Shown here: positions 1 through 9,150 of the stretch, piece by piece
Numbering within the stretch: position 1 is the first letter of the stretch
Layout of the letters: each line of letters opens with the position of its first letter
Origin: Pseudomonadota bacterium
GTDB lineage: Bacteria > Planctomycetota > UBA8108 > UBA1146
Reading direction: 5' to 3'
Assembly: GCA_017859655.1 (NCBI GenBank)
Contig: JAFMMO010000003.1
Coordinates: 1 to 47,598 of the forward strand
Length of the DNA: 47,598 nucleotides
The notes under the pieces: model-generated
Told to the model about the DNA's origin: nothing
Databases searched by the model: none
Seen by the model: only the letters and a program-made list of their open reading frames with translations
Made by a program: the position numbers and the translations under genes

Positions 1-72
1 AATCTCTCCCGTCTCCGGGGCCCGGGGCGAGGAGAGAACCCCCTCCACCGCCCCGCTCCACCGCCCCCCTCC

Positions 73-2961
73 TCAGGGAGTGAGGACCATGGAGCCCCCC
101 TCGGAGAGCTCGATCTCCCGCCGATCCCCGCCGAGGACCACGGGCACCTTGACCGCCCGCGAGGCGGTGAGCCGCGCCTCGATGAGCGCACCTTCCGCCC
201 AGCGAAGATCGACCGTCAGCCCCTGGCGCGTCCGCAGTCCGGTGACGGAGCCGCTCGTCCAGGCGGGAGGCAGGGCGGGCAGGAGACGGAGCACGCCGCC
301 GTGAGACTGGACCAGCGCCTCCGCGACGCCGGCCGTCCCCCCGAGGTTCCCATCGATCTGAAAGGGGGGATGCGTGTTCAGGAGATTCGGCTCCGTCCGC
401 TGGGCGAGGAGGAACTGGAGGTGCTCCTGCACCGCGGCTCCATCCCCGAGTCGGGCGAACTGGCTGGCGAGCCACGCGCGACTCCAGCCGGTGTGCCCTC
501 CCCCGGAGGCGAGGCGGCGCTCGAGGGACTTCCGCGCGGCGATGAAGCGGGCGGTGTCCCGCTCGGGGGTCCACAGCTCCGCGGGATGAAGACCGATGAG
601 ATGCGCGGTGTGGATGTGCCCCGGCTGCGCCTCCTCCATCGGCCCTCGCCACTCGAGCAGAGCTCCGCCCTCGCCGATGGCGGGCGCCGCGAGCCGCGCC
701 CGCGCCTCGCGCACCTCATCGAGGAGGGTGGTTCGCTTGCTCAGGATCTCCCCCATCTCCAGCGCGATGTCGAAGAGGTCGGCGATGAGGACCTGATCGC
801 TGGTGTTGCCCATCCCGACATCGACCACCGTGCCATCATCGAGGCGGTAGGAGTTCTCGGGGGAGCTGCTCGGGCCGGAGATCAGGAGGCCGGTGTCCGG
901 CTCCTCGACGAGCATCGCCAGCTGGAAGCGGCATGCCCCCTCGACGGCGGGCCACGCCTGCTCCTCGAGGAAGGTGCGATCCCCGGTGAACTGGTAGTGC
1001 TCCCACAGGTGCCGACAGAGCCAGGTGCCGCCGTGGGGCCAGAGCCCCCAGACGGTCAGCCCGATCGGCACGGTGAAGGCCCAGATGTCACTCACATGAT
1101 GCGCGACCCAGCCGGGCGCACCGTAGTGGACGCGGGCGGTCTTCACCCCGCGCAGGCGAAGCCTGCGGATGAAGTCGAAGAGAGGCTCGTGACACTCCGA
1201 GAGGGCGGTGACCTCGGCGGGCCAGTAGTTCATCTGGAGGTTGATGTTGAGGTGGTAGTCGGCGTTCCAGGGCGCCTCGATGTGGGGATTCCAGATCCCC
1301 TGGAGGTTCGCCGGGAGGGTCCCGGGGCGGGAGCTGCCCATCAGGAGATACCGCCCGTACTGGAACCAGGTCGCGATGAGGTCCGGGTCCGACTCCCCCG
1401 CCCGCACACGCGCGAGTCGCTCGTTCGTGGGGAGGCTCCGGCGGTCGTGCCCCCCCAGCTCGAGGGTCACGCGGCGGAGGAGCGCCTGATGATCGGCGAC
1501 GTGTCGCTGGCGCAGCTCCTCGAAGGTCCTCTCGGCGGCCGCTCCGAGGACCCTCTCGTTCCGGAGCCCCGGGTCCCCCTTGCGGAAGTCGGTCGCCGCC
1601 GCGAGGACGATGAGGATCTCGTCCGCGCCGCGCACCTCGATCACCCCTGCCTCGCTCCGGATCCCACCGCCGATGGTGGTGAGGCGAGCCCGGGCCTCGA
1701 ACGAGGTCCCCGGGTCCTCGCCCCCCTGACTCGCCCGGCCGACGAGGCGGAGCTGGTCGGGAGGGAGCACGCCCGCGCTCGCCCCCTCCGGCCGATCGAG
1801 GGTGAGCCGACCGGAGAGTCCGCCGGGCCGATCGCAGGTGAGGCGGAGGATGAGGGCATCGTCGGGGGCGCTCGCGAACACCTCGCGGGTGAAGCGCGCC
1901 TCGCCGGAGCGGAAGCGTGTGCGCGCGATCCCGGTCGAGAGATCGAGGGAGCGCTGGTAGTCATCGACGACCCCCAGATCGGCGAGCTCGAAGCGCAGGT
2001 CTCCGAGGGTCTGATGGCTCCGGATCCGCCGGGGCGTCATGAACTCGTCCTGCAGGAGACGCTGGGCCTCCGCGATCCGCCCTTCGAGGCAGAGCTCCCG
2101 GGCCTCGCGGAACGCCTCCGCCGAGCCCGGCCGGTCCCGCTCGATCGGGAGACCGGCCCACACGCTCTCCTCGTTCAGCTGCAGATGCATCGTGCGCACC
2201 CCGCCGTGGACCATCGCCCCGAGGCGTCCGTTGCCCACGGGGAGCGCCTCCAGCCAGGAGCTCGCCGGCTCGCGGTACCAGAGGATCCGGCTCCCCTCCG
2301 GCGCCGCCTCCGCGGCGGTGATGACCACGGGGTTTCCCGCCGCGATCGCGCCGCTCCCCTGACGGCCGAGGTACTCCCGCGCGAGGATCAGGGCGGCGAA
2401 GGAGGTCGCCGGGGCGTCCCACTCCGCGGCCGGTCGATCCCCTTCCCGCAGGAGCCAGGTCCCGCCGCCGAGGCCGATCGTGCCCTTCGGTCCCTTCAGC
2501 GCGAGAGGTCCGGCGGTGATGCCTCCCTCGCCCCCGGCATCGCGGACCCGGACCGCAATCAGGTTGGGCCGGCCGACCAGGATCCGCTCGGCCGGGACCT
2601 CGTAGACCCGCGGCGTCCCGTAGGCGGAGCCGACCGCATCTCCGAAGCCGCCGAGGCCTCCGATCTTCACGCCGTTGATGTAGGTCTCGTCCGCATCATC
2701 GATCGTTCCGAGGTGAAGAGTGAGGGGATCCCCCGCCCAGCTCTCCGGCACGACCACATAGGTCCGGTACCAGACGATGCCGTCGAAGTCCTCGAGTCCG
2801 GAGATCCGGGAGAACGGGGCCGGGACCGGCACATGCCGCCACTCCTCCGCGTCCTGGCCCGACGGGACGGAGCGCCCCGGGACCGACGACGAGGATGCGA
2901 GCAGGACCGCCAGGAGGAGGGAGCGGCGCAGGAGTGCGGTGCGCGGGGACCGGAACAGCAT
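73..2961 (-). CDS. Secreted GH95 alpha-L-fucosidase with extra N-terminal jelly-roll (beta-galactosidase/sialate O-acetylesterase-insert-like) domain
   Basis: GH95 motifs ALPVGNGRLGAM, LQLNEESVW, QYGRYLL..SSR, PANLQGIWN, DYHLNINLQMNYW, SPEN, PFQIDGNLG. ATG at 2961 has SD GAGGTG and is followed by a signal-peptide-like stretch. Confidence 0.9.
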   Translation of the reverse strand: MLFRSPRTALLRRSLLLAVLLASSSSVPGRSVPSGQDAEEWRHVPVPAPFSRISGLEDFDGIVWYRTYVVVPESWAGDPLTLHLGTIDDADETYINGVKIGGLGGFGDAVGSAYGTPRVYEVPAERILVGRPNLIAVRVRDAGGEGGITAGPLALKGPKGTIGLGGGTWLLREGDRPAAEWDAPATSFAALILAREYLGRQGSGAIAAGNPVVITAAEAAPEGSRILWYREPASSWLEALPVGNGRLGAMVHGGVRTMHLQLNEESVWAGLPIERDRPGSAEAFREARELCLEGRIAEAQRLLQDEFMTPRRIRSHQTLGDLRFELADLGVVDDYQRSLDLSTGIARTRFRSGEARFTREVFASAPDDALILRLTCDRPGGLSGRLTLDRPEGASAGVLPPDQLRLVGRASQGGEDPGTSFEARARLTTIGGGIRSEAGVIEVRGADEILIVLAAATDFRKGDPGLRNERVLGAAAERTFEELRQRHVADHQALLRRVTLELGGHDRRSLPTNERLARVRAGESDPDLIATWFQYGRYLLMGSSRPGTLPANLQGIWNPHIEAPWNADYHLNINLQMNYWPAEVTALSECHEPLFDFIRRLRLRGVKTARVHYGAPGWVAHHVSDIWAFTVPIGLTVWGLWPHGGTWLCRHLWEHYQFTGDRTFLEEQAWPAVEGACRFQLAMLVEEPDTGLLISGPSSSPENSYRLDDGTVVDVGMGNTSDQVLIADLFDIALEMGEILSKRTTLLDEVREARARLAAPAIGEGGALLEWRGPMEEAQPGHIHTAHLIGLHPAELWTPERDTARFIAARKSLERRLASGGGHTGWSRAWLASQFARLGDGAAVQEHLQFLLAQRTEPNLLNTHPPFQIDGNLGGTAGVAEALVQSHGGVLRLLPALPPAWTSGSVTGLRTRQGLTVDLRWAEGALIEARLTASRAVKVPVVLGGDRREIELSEGGSMVLTP

Positions 2962-3153
2962 GGGCACCTCGGATTCGCACGAAGGGGAAGGCCGGCTCCT
3001 CCGGACGATGTCGGCGAGCGGCGGATGCGGGCGCGCGGTCGGAAGTCTGGCGGTCCGTGGCGGGGGGGGCAAGGAGATCGCGCAGGAGCCACCCACGCGG
3101 GGAGAGGCTGCGGAGGCCGAGGCAGACGCAAGCCCGGCTCCCCGGGGAGGAGA

Positions 3154-3458
3154 CTACTCCGGCTCGATGCTGAAGGTCAGCGGGTAGCCCCGGGTGCGCG
3201 CGAGATGGTGACTGTGCTCGACCCGGAACTCCGCCTCCTCGAGGCCGAAGCAGCGGACCAGGGCGCACTCCGCGTTGTGCGCCTCGAGCATCACCTCGAT
3301 CGCATGCTCGACGCCGAGGCGGTAGACCCCGGTGAGGATGCGCACCACGAAGTCCATCGGCGTGCGATCGTCGTTGTGGACGAGGACCTTGTAGCGCCGC
3401 GCCCGCTCGGTCCGCGGCTCGGTGGCGGTGGCCGGGCTGGGGGAGGTCTGCGTGGCAC
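3154..3458 (-). CDS. clpS: ATP-dependent Clp protease adaptor ClpS (5' end apparently frameshifted, start uncertain)
   Basis: The reading frame of ORF 3154-3357 extends upstream as RRYKVLVHNDDRTPMDFVVRIL..MLEAH..YPLTFSIEPE, the ClpS signature. No in-frame ATG/GTG/TTG lies between the TGA stops near 3565-3570 and 3357. The SD-linked GTG at 3458 is one base out of frame. Confidence 0.85.
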
Positions 3459-3601
3459 GGGTCGGACTCTCCCCCCGACAAGGGGCGGAGGCGACGCAGA
3501 GCCGGGGATCGGAGAGGAGTCGGGGCGCATGCTCATGGCGGCATGATACTCCCGGCTCCCCCCCTCATCACCCATGCTCCTGAGGAGGGTGCGGTCTCCG
3601 A

Positions 3602-4360
3602 TCAGACGCTCGAGAGGCCGCCGTCCGCCGCCAGCGCCTGCCCCACGACGAAGCTCGCCTCATCGCTCAGGAGCCAGCAGACGAGCGCCGCGATCTCCTC
3701 GCTTCGCCCGATGCGCCCGATGGGATGGAGCGCCCCGAGCTCCTCCTCGGAGAGTCCCCCTCCGCTCCGGAAGCGCTCGAACATCTCCGTGCGAACCGCT
3801 CCGGGGCAGACCGAGTTGATCCTCACTCCCTGGGCGGCGACCTCGACCGCGGCGGTTCGGGTGAGGCCGTTCACCGCGTGCTTCGCCGCCGCGTAGAGGG
3901 CCTGACCGCCGAAGCCGACGAGCCCCGCCACGGAGGAGTTGTTGACGATCGCCCCTCCGCCCCGCTCGAGGAGGCGAGGGATCTGCGCTCGCATGGAGAA
4001 GAAGGTCCCCCGCAGGTTCGTGTCGAGGACACGGTCGTAGGTGGCATCGTCCATGGTGTGCAGCGGACCCATGGGGCCCTCCACGCCGGCGTTGTTGAAG
4101 GCTCCGTCGAGACCACCGAAGCGCTCCACGGCGAGGTCCACCAGGGCGCGGACCTGTGCATCGTCGGTCACATCGGTGCGCTGGAAGAGCGCGATGCCCC
4201 CGCCCCGCTCGATCTCGGCGACCGTGTCGCCCCCGAGCTCGGCGTTGCGATTCCCGATGACGACCCGGGCGCCCTCCACCGCCAGCTGGATCGCGGTCGC
4301 CCGCCCGATCCCCGTGCCGCCTCCCGTGACCACGAAGACACGATTCTCGAAACGAGCCAT
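3602..4360 (-). CDS. SDR-family oxidoreductase (glucose 1-dehydrogenase-like)
   Basis: TGGGTGIG Rossmann motif, NNAG, catalytic S..YAAAK, IGRIGRSEEIA. SD spacing favours ATG 4360 over 4366. Confidence 0.92.
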   Translation of the reverse strand: MARFENRVFVVTGGGTGIGRATAIQLAVEGARVVIGNRNAELGGDTVAEIERGGGIALFQRTDVTDDAQVRALVDLAVERFGGLDGAFNNAGVEGPMGPLHTMDDATYDRVLDTNLRGTFFSMRAQIPRLLERGGGAIVNNSSVAGLVGFGGQALYAAAKHAVNGLTRTAAVEVAAQGVRINSVCPGAVRTEMFERFRSGGGLSEEELGALHPIGRIGRSEEIAALVCWLLSDEASFVVGQALAADGGLSSV

Positions 4361-4620
4361 GCCCATCTCCCTCTCGCCGACCAGCGCCGCCGGCCCCCCG
4401 CCGAAGCGGGCGATCCTGACACACTCTCTGTCGCGCGGCTTTCGCGCGCTCCGGGCTCATCCTGCCGGCGAATGAAGGAGAAAGGGACGGAATGACCGGG
4501 AAAACGCCGATTCCCGCGGGGCCCCTGTTTTCGGTCCGGCTCTTGCGAAACGGGGGTGTGCGGCGACCTCACGGGGGTTCCCAGGACCCCAGAGGTGGAG
4601 GCCGCCCTCGGATTGTCTCC

Positions 4621-4785
4621 AACAGCCCGAGTCCGACATGGGACTGACCGGGTCAAGGGAGCGCGCGCTCCCCCGGGTCTGCACCTCGAGCGATTCCCGC
4701 GAGCGCCAGCGGGCCTTCGGGCTCACTGGAGGGGCGCGACAGGTGGAGCGCGGTTGACGACCTGCCCATGCCGGCTCGGGCTCTT
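4621..4785. ncRNA. Candidate structured ncRNA, 6S-RNA-like rod
   Basis: Terminal stem agcccgag-t-ccg-a-catggg (4624-4642) pairs with cccatg-c-cgg-ctcgggct (4765-4782). Internal helices gtcaa/ttgac, cgcgctcc/ggagcgcg and cacct/aggtg. Apical cUUCGg loop at 4715-4720. Lies in a 450-bp intergenic gap. Confidence 0.4.
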
Positions 4786-4815
4786 CTCGTTCCGCCCGGA
4801 GGCCCCGGGGAACCG

Positions 4816-7800
4816 TCAGCTCTGCGGCTGAGGTCTGGGTGGCTGAGGTCTGGGTGGCTGAGGTCTCGGTGGCTGAGACTTGAGCGGCTGGGGCTTTTGC
4901 ACCTCCGGCAGGATCCCCCCCCGGACCTCCCCGATCCGCTCGAGGAGGAGGGACCGCGCGAAGGCGAGGGGATCCCGGGGAGAGAGCGCGACCTTCTCCA
5001 GCCGGTCCCCCTCCTCTCGTCGATCCTCCCGCTCCCCACGGTCCTTGCGCAGGCGCGGCACCGCATCCGGAAGCGCATACTGCTCCCCGGGGAGCGGCCC
5101 CCCCACGAAGCGCCCCCCGCGCACCTCCCCCCGGAGCTCGAGGCGTCGGCACGCCCTCAGGAGATCACGCCACGCCACCGGCACGCGCTCCTTCTCGAGG
5201 AGGCGCTTGAAGATCACCCCGTGGCGCCTCAGGAGCTGGAGCGCGACCCACTCCGCTCGATCCTCATCGACGAGAGCATCCGGAACCGCAGGAACCTCCC
5301 CCGCCACGGTCTCGATCGGGCGGAGCCGATCCCAGCGACCGGTCGTCACCCTCCGGAAGACCCGGGAGCCCCGCCGATGGCTGGGGACGATGAGCTTCCG
5401 AAGCGCGCCGTAGGCGTCGTTCGTCACGAGGCCATGGGAGACGAGGCTGGCGAGCCCCTCCTCGAGGTGACTGGGGAGGAGCTCGAGATCCCGGCGGAGA
5501 CGATCGGAGAAGGAGGCTCCGCGCATCCTCAGCTCCTCGAGGATCTGGCGGGCGTGCCAGGGAAGCGGATGCCGCTCCGACTCCGGCGTGGGACCCGCGG
5601 AGGGGTCCGGGAACGGAGGGAGCGTCACGGGAGGAGCGAGGGCGAGCCAATCTTCGAGGTCCGCGCGGGGGAGAAGGGTGATCGGGGCGGAGCGCGGCGG
5701 CGCGGAGGAGCTCCCCCAGAGGCGCCCCCAGACCACCTGACCGGTCATCGTCAGCTCATCGAGCCACTCCCGGCGGTACTCCGCGACCCGGACGGGGAGG
5801 ATCGATCGCTCCCAGTCCGGAGCCGGGACCTCGATCCCCGCCAGCTGCTCGATCGCGGCGAGGACCCCCTGCGGGCCGGCCCGCCGGGAGCCGGGCGCGG
5901 CGTGATGCCACTCGGCGAGGAAGTCGACGAAGCGCGCAGGAGTCACGGGGCGGATCGCCTCGCGGAGTGTCTCCAGGGTGTACCTCTGGATGCGGGCGAG
6001 GAGGCGCCGCTCGCACCACTGCTCGACCCCATCGAGGCGGACGCGCATCACGCTGCCCTCTCCCTCGAGCTGCTGGAGGAGAACCTGCTCCTCCCGCGCG
6101 TCCCCCTCGGGGCGCCCGTGCCGCCCGATTCCGGGACGCACCGGCCCCAGAGCGTCGAGGCGTCCGCGGAGCTGGGCCCGGGGCTCGCGCGTCGACTCGG
6201 TCGCGAGGTAGCGCCCCCGCTCACGGTCATGCTCCGCGCGTCCGGCGACAACGAGCGCCTCGAGCCAGGGGCGCCAGGAGACGCGCCCCCCCTCCTCCGC
6301 CTCTGCGCCGCGCCGCGCGCCGCCCTCCTCCGCCTCCGCCTCGGTCACGAAGCCGATCCAGAGCAGGACCTCGTGCATCTCCTCGATGTCCTGGGGATCG
6401 GGCCACGCCTCCTCGCGCACCCGGGCGACCGCAGCCGGATCGAGTGCGCCGATCTCATCCGCGCTGCGGGCATCCAGCCCCCGCCGGCTCACGACCGCCT
6501 GGGTCCTCCGCTCCTCGAGAGGAGCGTCGTCGAGGAAGGCGTAGGGCGAGGCGTTGAGGATGCTGCGCGCAAAGGCGCTCGGCTGCGGGAGGTCCACGGT
6601 GATCGTCTCGATCGTGCCGTCCTGAATCCCCTGCAGCACCGCCGCGGCACCATCCACATCCATCGCCTCCCGGAGGCAGTCCTCGATCGACTGATGGACC
6701 ATCGGCTGCTCGAGAACATCCGGCTCCACGAAGTCGCCCGGCGGGAGGTTCTCCCCGCAGGCGAGCACCTCGGGGAAGGACTGGGAGAGGAGATCGGTCG
6801 CCTTCATCCGCTGGATCGGCGGTGGCACCCTCCGGCCCCCGAGCATCCGGGGGAGCTGGAGGGAGCGCTGGGTGTTCCATCGCCAGCGTGACTCGAACAT
6901 CGGGAGGTCGAGCACCGCCTGTCGCAACGCCTTCTCCAGGCCGACGGCGCGGATGTAGGTGAAGACCTCGTCGAGCGGGAAGCTGTGCTGAAGTCCGAGG
7001 GAGAGGAGGAAGGAGTCCTCGTTCGCGGCGGCCTGCAGCTCGAAGCCGAAGTTCCGGCAGAACTTCTTGCGCAGCCCGAGCCCCCACGCGCGGTTGATCC
7101 GCCCACCGAAGACCGCGTGGATGACGAGCTGCTGACCCCCGCTCTCATCGAAGAAGCGCTCGACGATGACGCGCTCCGGGGTCGGCGCCGCTCCCAGCGC
7201 GGCCTTCCCCTCGGCGACATGATCGAGGATCTGGACCGCCGCCTCGTGAGGGACTCCGCACTCCTCGCGGAGCCAACGCAGATCGGTCCCGTGCTCGCGG
7301 ACCTGCCCCACCTCGTGCGAGAGCTCATCGGTGCGGGACGGCGCCTCGCCGAACCAGAAGGGGAGGCTCGGCGGGAGCCCGTGGGCATCGCCGACGATCA
7401 CCTTCCCCGGCTCCACCTTGAGCACCTGCCAGCTCGTGCTCCCGAGCTGGAAGATGTCCCCCACCGTCGCCTCGACCGCGAAGTCCTCGTCGAGGGTCCC
7501 GATGAAGGTCCCTTCCGTGGCGAGCACCACGCGGTAGTCGGCGCGATCGGGGATCGCCCCTCCGGAGGTGATGGCGGTCAGCCGCGCCCGCCGGGTCCCG
7601 CGGACGGTGCCGTTGATCCCATCCCGGTGGAGGAGGGCGGAGCGCCCTCCGGAGTGGAGCCGCAGCAGCGCCTCGAAGCGATCGAACCCCAGCGCGCGAT
7701 AGGGCCACGCCCGGGTCAGCGCTCGATGCAGCTCCTCCTCCGACCGTGGTCCCGCCGCGCACTCCGCCACGATCTGCTGGGCGAGGATGTCGAGGGGAGC

Positions 7801-9045
7801 GGTCGGCTGGGGGGTCCGATCAAGGACCCCACGACGGATGGCGCGGAGCATCGCGGCCCCCTCGACCAGCTCCCCGATCGTCAGGGGAAGCAGTCGGCCC
7901 TTCGGCGTGGCCGAGAGGCGGTGACCGGAGCGCCCGACCCTCTGGAGGAAGGTCGCGATGCTCGTCGGCACCCCCACCTGGATCATGAGATCGACCGCAC
8001 CGATGTCGATCCCCAGCTCGAGGGAGGCGGTCGCGACGAGGGCGCGGAGCGTCCCCTCCTTCAGCCGCGTCTCCGCGTCGAGGCGTCGCTCCTTCGAGAG
8101 GCTCGAGTGGTGGCATGTCACAGCCTCCTCCCCGAGCTTCTCCTGCAGCCTCGCGCTGACCCGCTCCGCGAGCTTGCGGGTCTGGACGAAGATCAGGGTC
8201 GTCGTGTGCCCCTCGATGTGCGCGACGATGCGGTCGTAGATCTCATCCCAGGTGTCATGGGAGCAGATCGTCTGAAGGGGCGACTCCGGGACCTCGAGCG
8301 CCAGGTCCAGCTCCCGCAGGTGGCCGATGTCGACGGTGGTGCAGGGGCGCGGGTCATTCCCATGATCGACCCCGACGAGGAAGCTCGCGACATCGGAGAC
8401 CGGCTTCTGCGTCGCGGAGAGCCCGATCCGCTGCGGCGGCGCGCGCTCCCCCTCGGTGACGACGAGGTGTTCGAGGCGCTCGAGGGAGAGCGCGAGATGG
8501 GCGCCCCTCTTGTCTCCGAGCAGGGCGTGGATCTCATCGACGATCACGGTGCGGACCGTCGAGAGCATCCGGCGGCCGCCCTCGCTCGTGAGGAGGATGA
8601 AGACGCTCTCCGGTGTCGTGACGAGGATGTGCGGCGGCTTCCGCGTCATGCGGGTGCGCTCGCTGGCGGGGGTGTCTCCGGAGCGCACGCTGACCCGCAC
8701 CTCGGGCAGCGTCTCATCCAAGGCCCGGAGCGCGGCGAGGGGGGCCTCGAGGTTCTTGCGGACATCGTTGCCGAGCGCCTTGAGCGGCGAGATGTAGAGG
8801 ACCCGCGTCTCCTCGGGGAGCGCGCCCTCGCCTGCAGCCGCCCCGGCCCCCTCACGGAGGAGGGAGTCGACGGCGTGAAGGAAGGCCGCGAGAGTCTTGC
8901 CGCTCCCGGTCGGCGCCGCGATCAGGGTGTGACCACCTCGCGCGATCGCGGGCCAGCCCTCCACCTGGGGCGGTGTCGGCTCACCGAGGCTCTCCCGGAA
9001 CCATCGGGCGGTCGTCGGATGAAAGGCGGAGAGGACATCGACCAA
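4816..9045 (-). CDS. lhr: Lhr-family (long form) DEAD/DEAH-box helicase
   Basis: APTGSGKT, YISPLKAL, TTPES, DEIH, SAT, HHSSLS, SLELGID, QRVGRSGH, followed by Lhr C-terminal winged-helix-like segments. TTG start. Confidence 0.92.
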   Translation of the reverse strand: MVDVLSAFHPTTARWFRESLGEPTPPQVEGWPAIARGGHTLIAAPTGSGKTLAAFLHAVDSLLREGAGAAAGEGALPEETRVLYISPLKALGNDVRKNLEAPLAALRALDETLPEVRVSVRSGDTPASERTRMTRKPPHILVTTPESVFILLTSEGGRRMLSTVRTVIVDEIHALLGDKRGAHLALSLERLEHLVVTEGERAPPQRIGLSATQKPVSDVASFLVGVDHGNDPRPCTTVDIGHLRELDLALEVPESPLQTICSHDTWDEIYDRIVAHIEGHTTTLIFVQTRKLAERVSARLQEKLGEEAVTCHHSSLSKERRLDAETRLKEGTLRALVATASLELGIDIGAVDLMIQVGVPTSIATFLQRVGRSGHRLSATPKGRLLPLTIGELVEGAAMLRAIRRGVLDRTPQPTAPLDILAQQIVAECAAGPRSEEELHRALTRAWPYRALGFDRFEALLRLHSGGRSALLHRDGINGTVRGTRRARLTAITSGGAIPDRADYRVVLATEGTFIGTLDEDFAVEATVGDIFQLGSTSWQVLKVEPGKVIVGDAHGLPPSLPFWFGEAPSRTDELSHEVGQVREHGTDLRWLREECGVPHEAAVQILDHVAEGKAALGAAPTPERVIVERFFDESGGQQLVIHAVFGGRINRAWGLGLRKKFCRNFGFELQAAANEDSFLLSLGLQHSFPLDEVFTYIRAVGLEKALRQAVLDLPMFESRWRWNTQRSLQLPRMLGGRRVPPPIQRMKATDLLSQSFPEVLACGENLPPGDFVEPDVLEQPMVHQSIEDCLREAMDVDGAAAVLQGIQDGTIETITVDLPQPSAFARSILNASPYAFLDDAPLEERRTQAVVSRRGLDARSADEIGALDPAAVARVREEAWPDPQDIEEMHEVLLWIGFVTEAEAEEGGARRGAEAEEGGRVSWRPWLEALVVAGRAEHDRERGRYLATESTREPRAQLRGRLDALGPVRPGIGRHGRPEGDAREEQVLLQQLEGEGSVMRVRLDGVEQWCERRLLARIQRYTLETLREAIRPVTPARFVDFLAEWHHAAPGSRRAGPQGVLAAIEQLAGIEVPAPDWERSILPVRVAEYRREWLDELTMTGQVVWGRLWGSSSAPPRSAPITLLPRADLEDWLALAPPVTLPPFPDPSAGPTPESERHPLPWHARQILEELRMRGASFSDRLRRDLELLPSHLEEGLASLVSHGLVTNDAYGALRKLIVPSHRRGSRVFRRVTTGRWDRLRPIETVAGEVPAVPDALVDEDRAEWVALQLLRRHGVIFKRLLEKERVPVAWRDLLRACRRLELRGEVRGGRFVGGPLPGEQYALPDAVPRLRKDRGEREDRREEGDRLEKVALSPRDPLAFARSLLLERIGEVRGGILPEVQKPQPLKSQPPRPQPPRPQPPRPQPQS
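4826..4877. repeat. 15-bp tandem repeat (ggctgaggtctgggt x ~3.5) encoding the QPPRP tail of Lhr
   Basis: Units at 4826-4840, 4841-4855 and 4856-4870 (one mismatch), plus a partial unit at 4871-4877. Confidence 0.9.
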
Positions 9046-9150
9046 GGCTGGGGCTCCCGTCGGGCGGACTTCGCGAAGGGCGATCGTAACCGACCGGGAG
9101 GGGGAGGGAACGGCGAGACGGGGAACCGACGCGTCGAGATTCGTCGGGGA

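Noticed and set aside
4500-4800. tmRNA, RNase P, SRP RNA or cobalamin/TPP riboswitch in the lhr-SDR gap
   Set aside because: Diagnostic motifs (tRNA-like ends, GAGGAAAGUCC, SRP GGAA/AGCAG loop, riboswitch cores) were not found on either strand.
4457-5152. ORF containing SATET/SATQT repeats
   Set aside because: Alternative-frame reading of the 15-bp repeat at the end of lhr. The rest is low-complexity.
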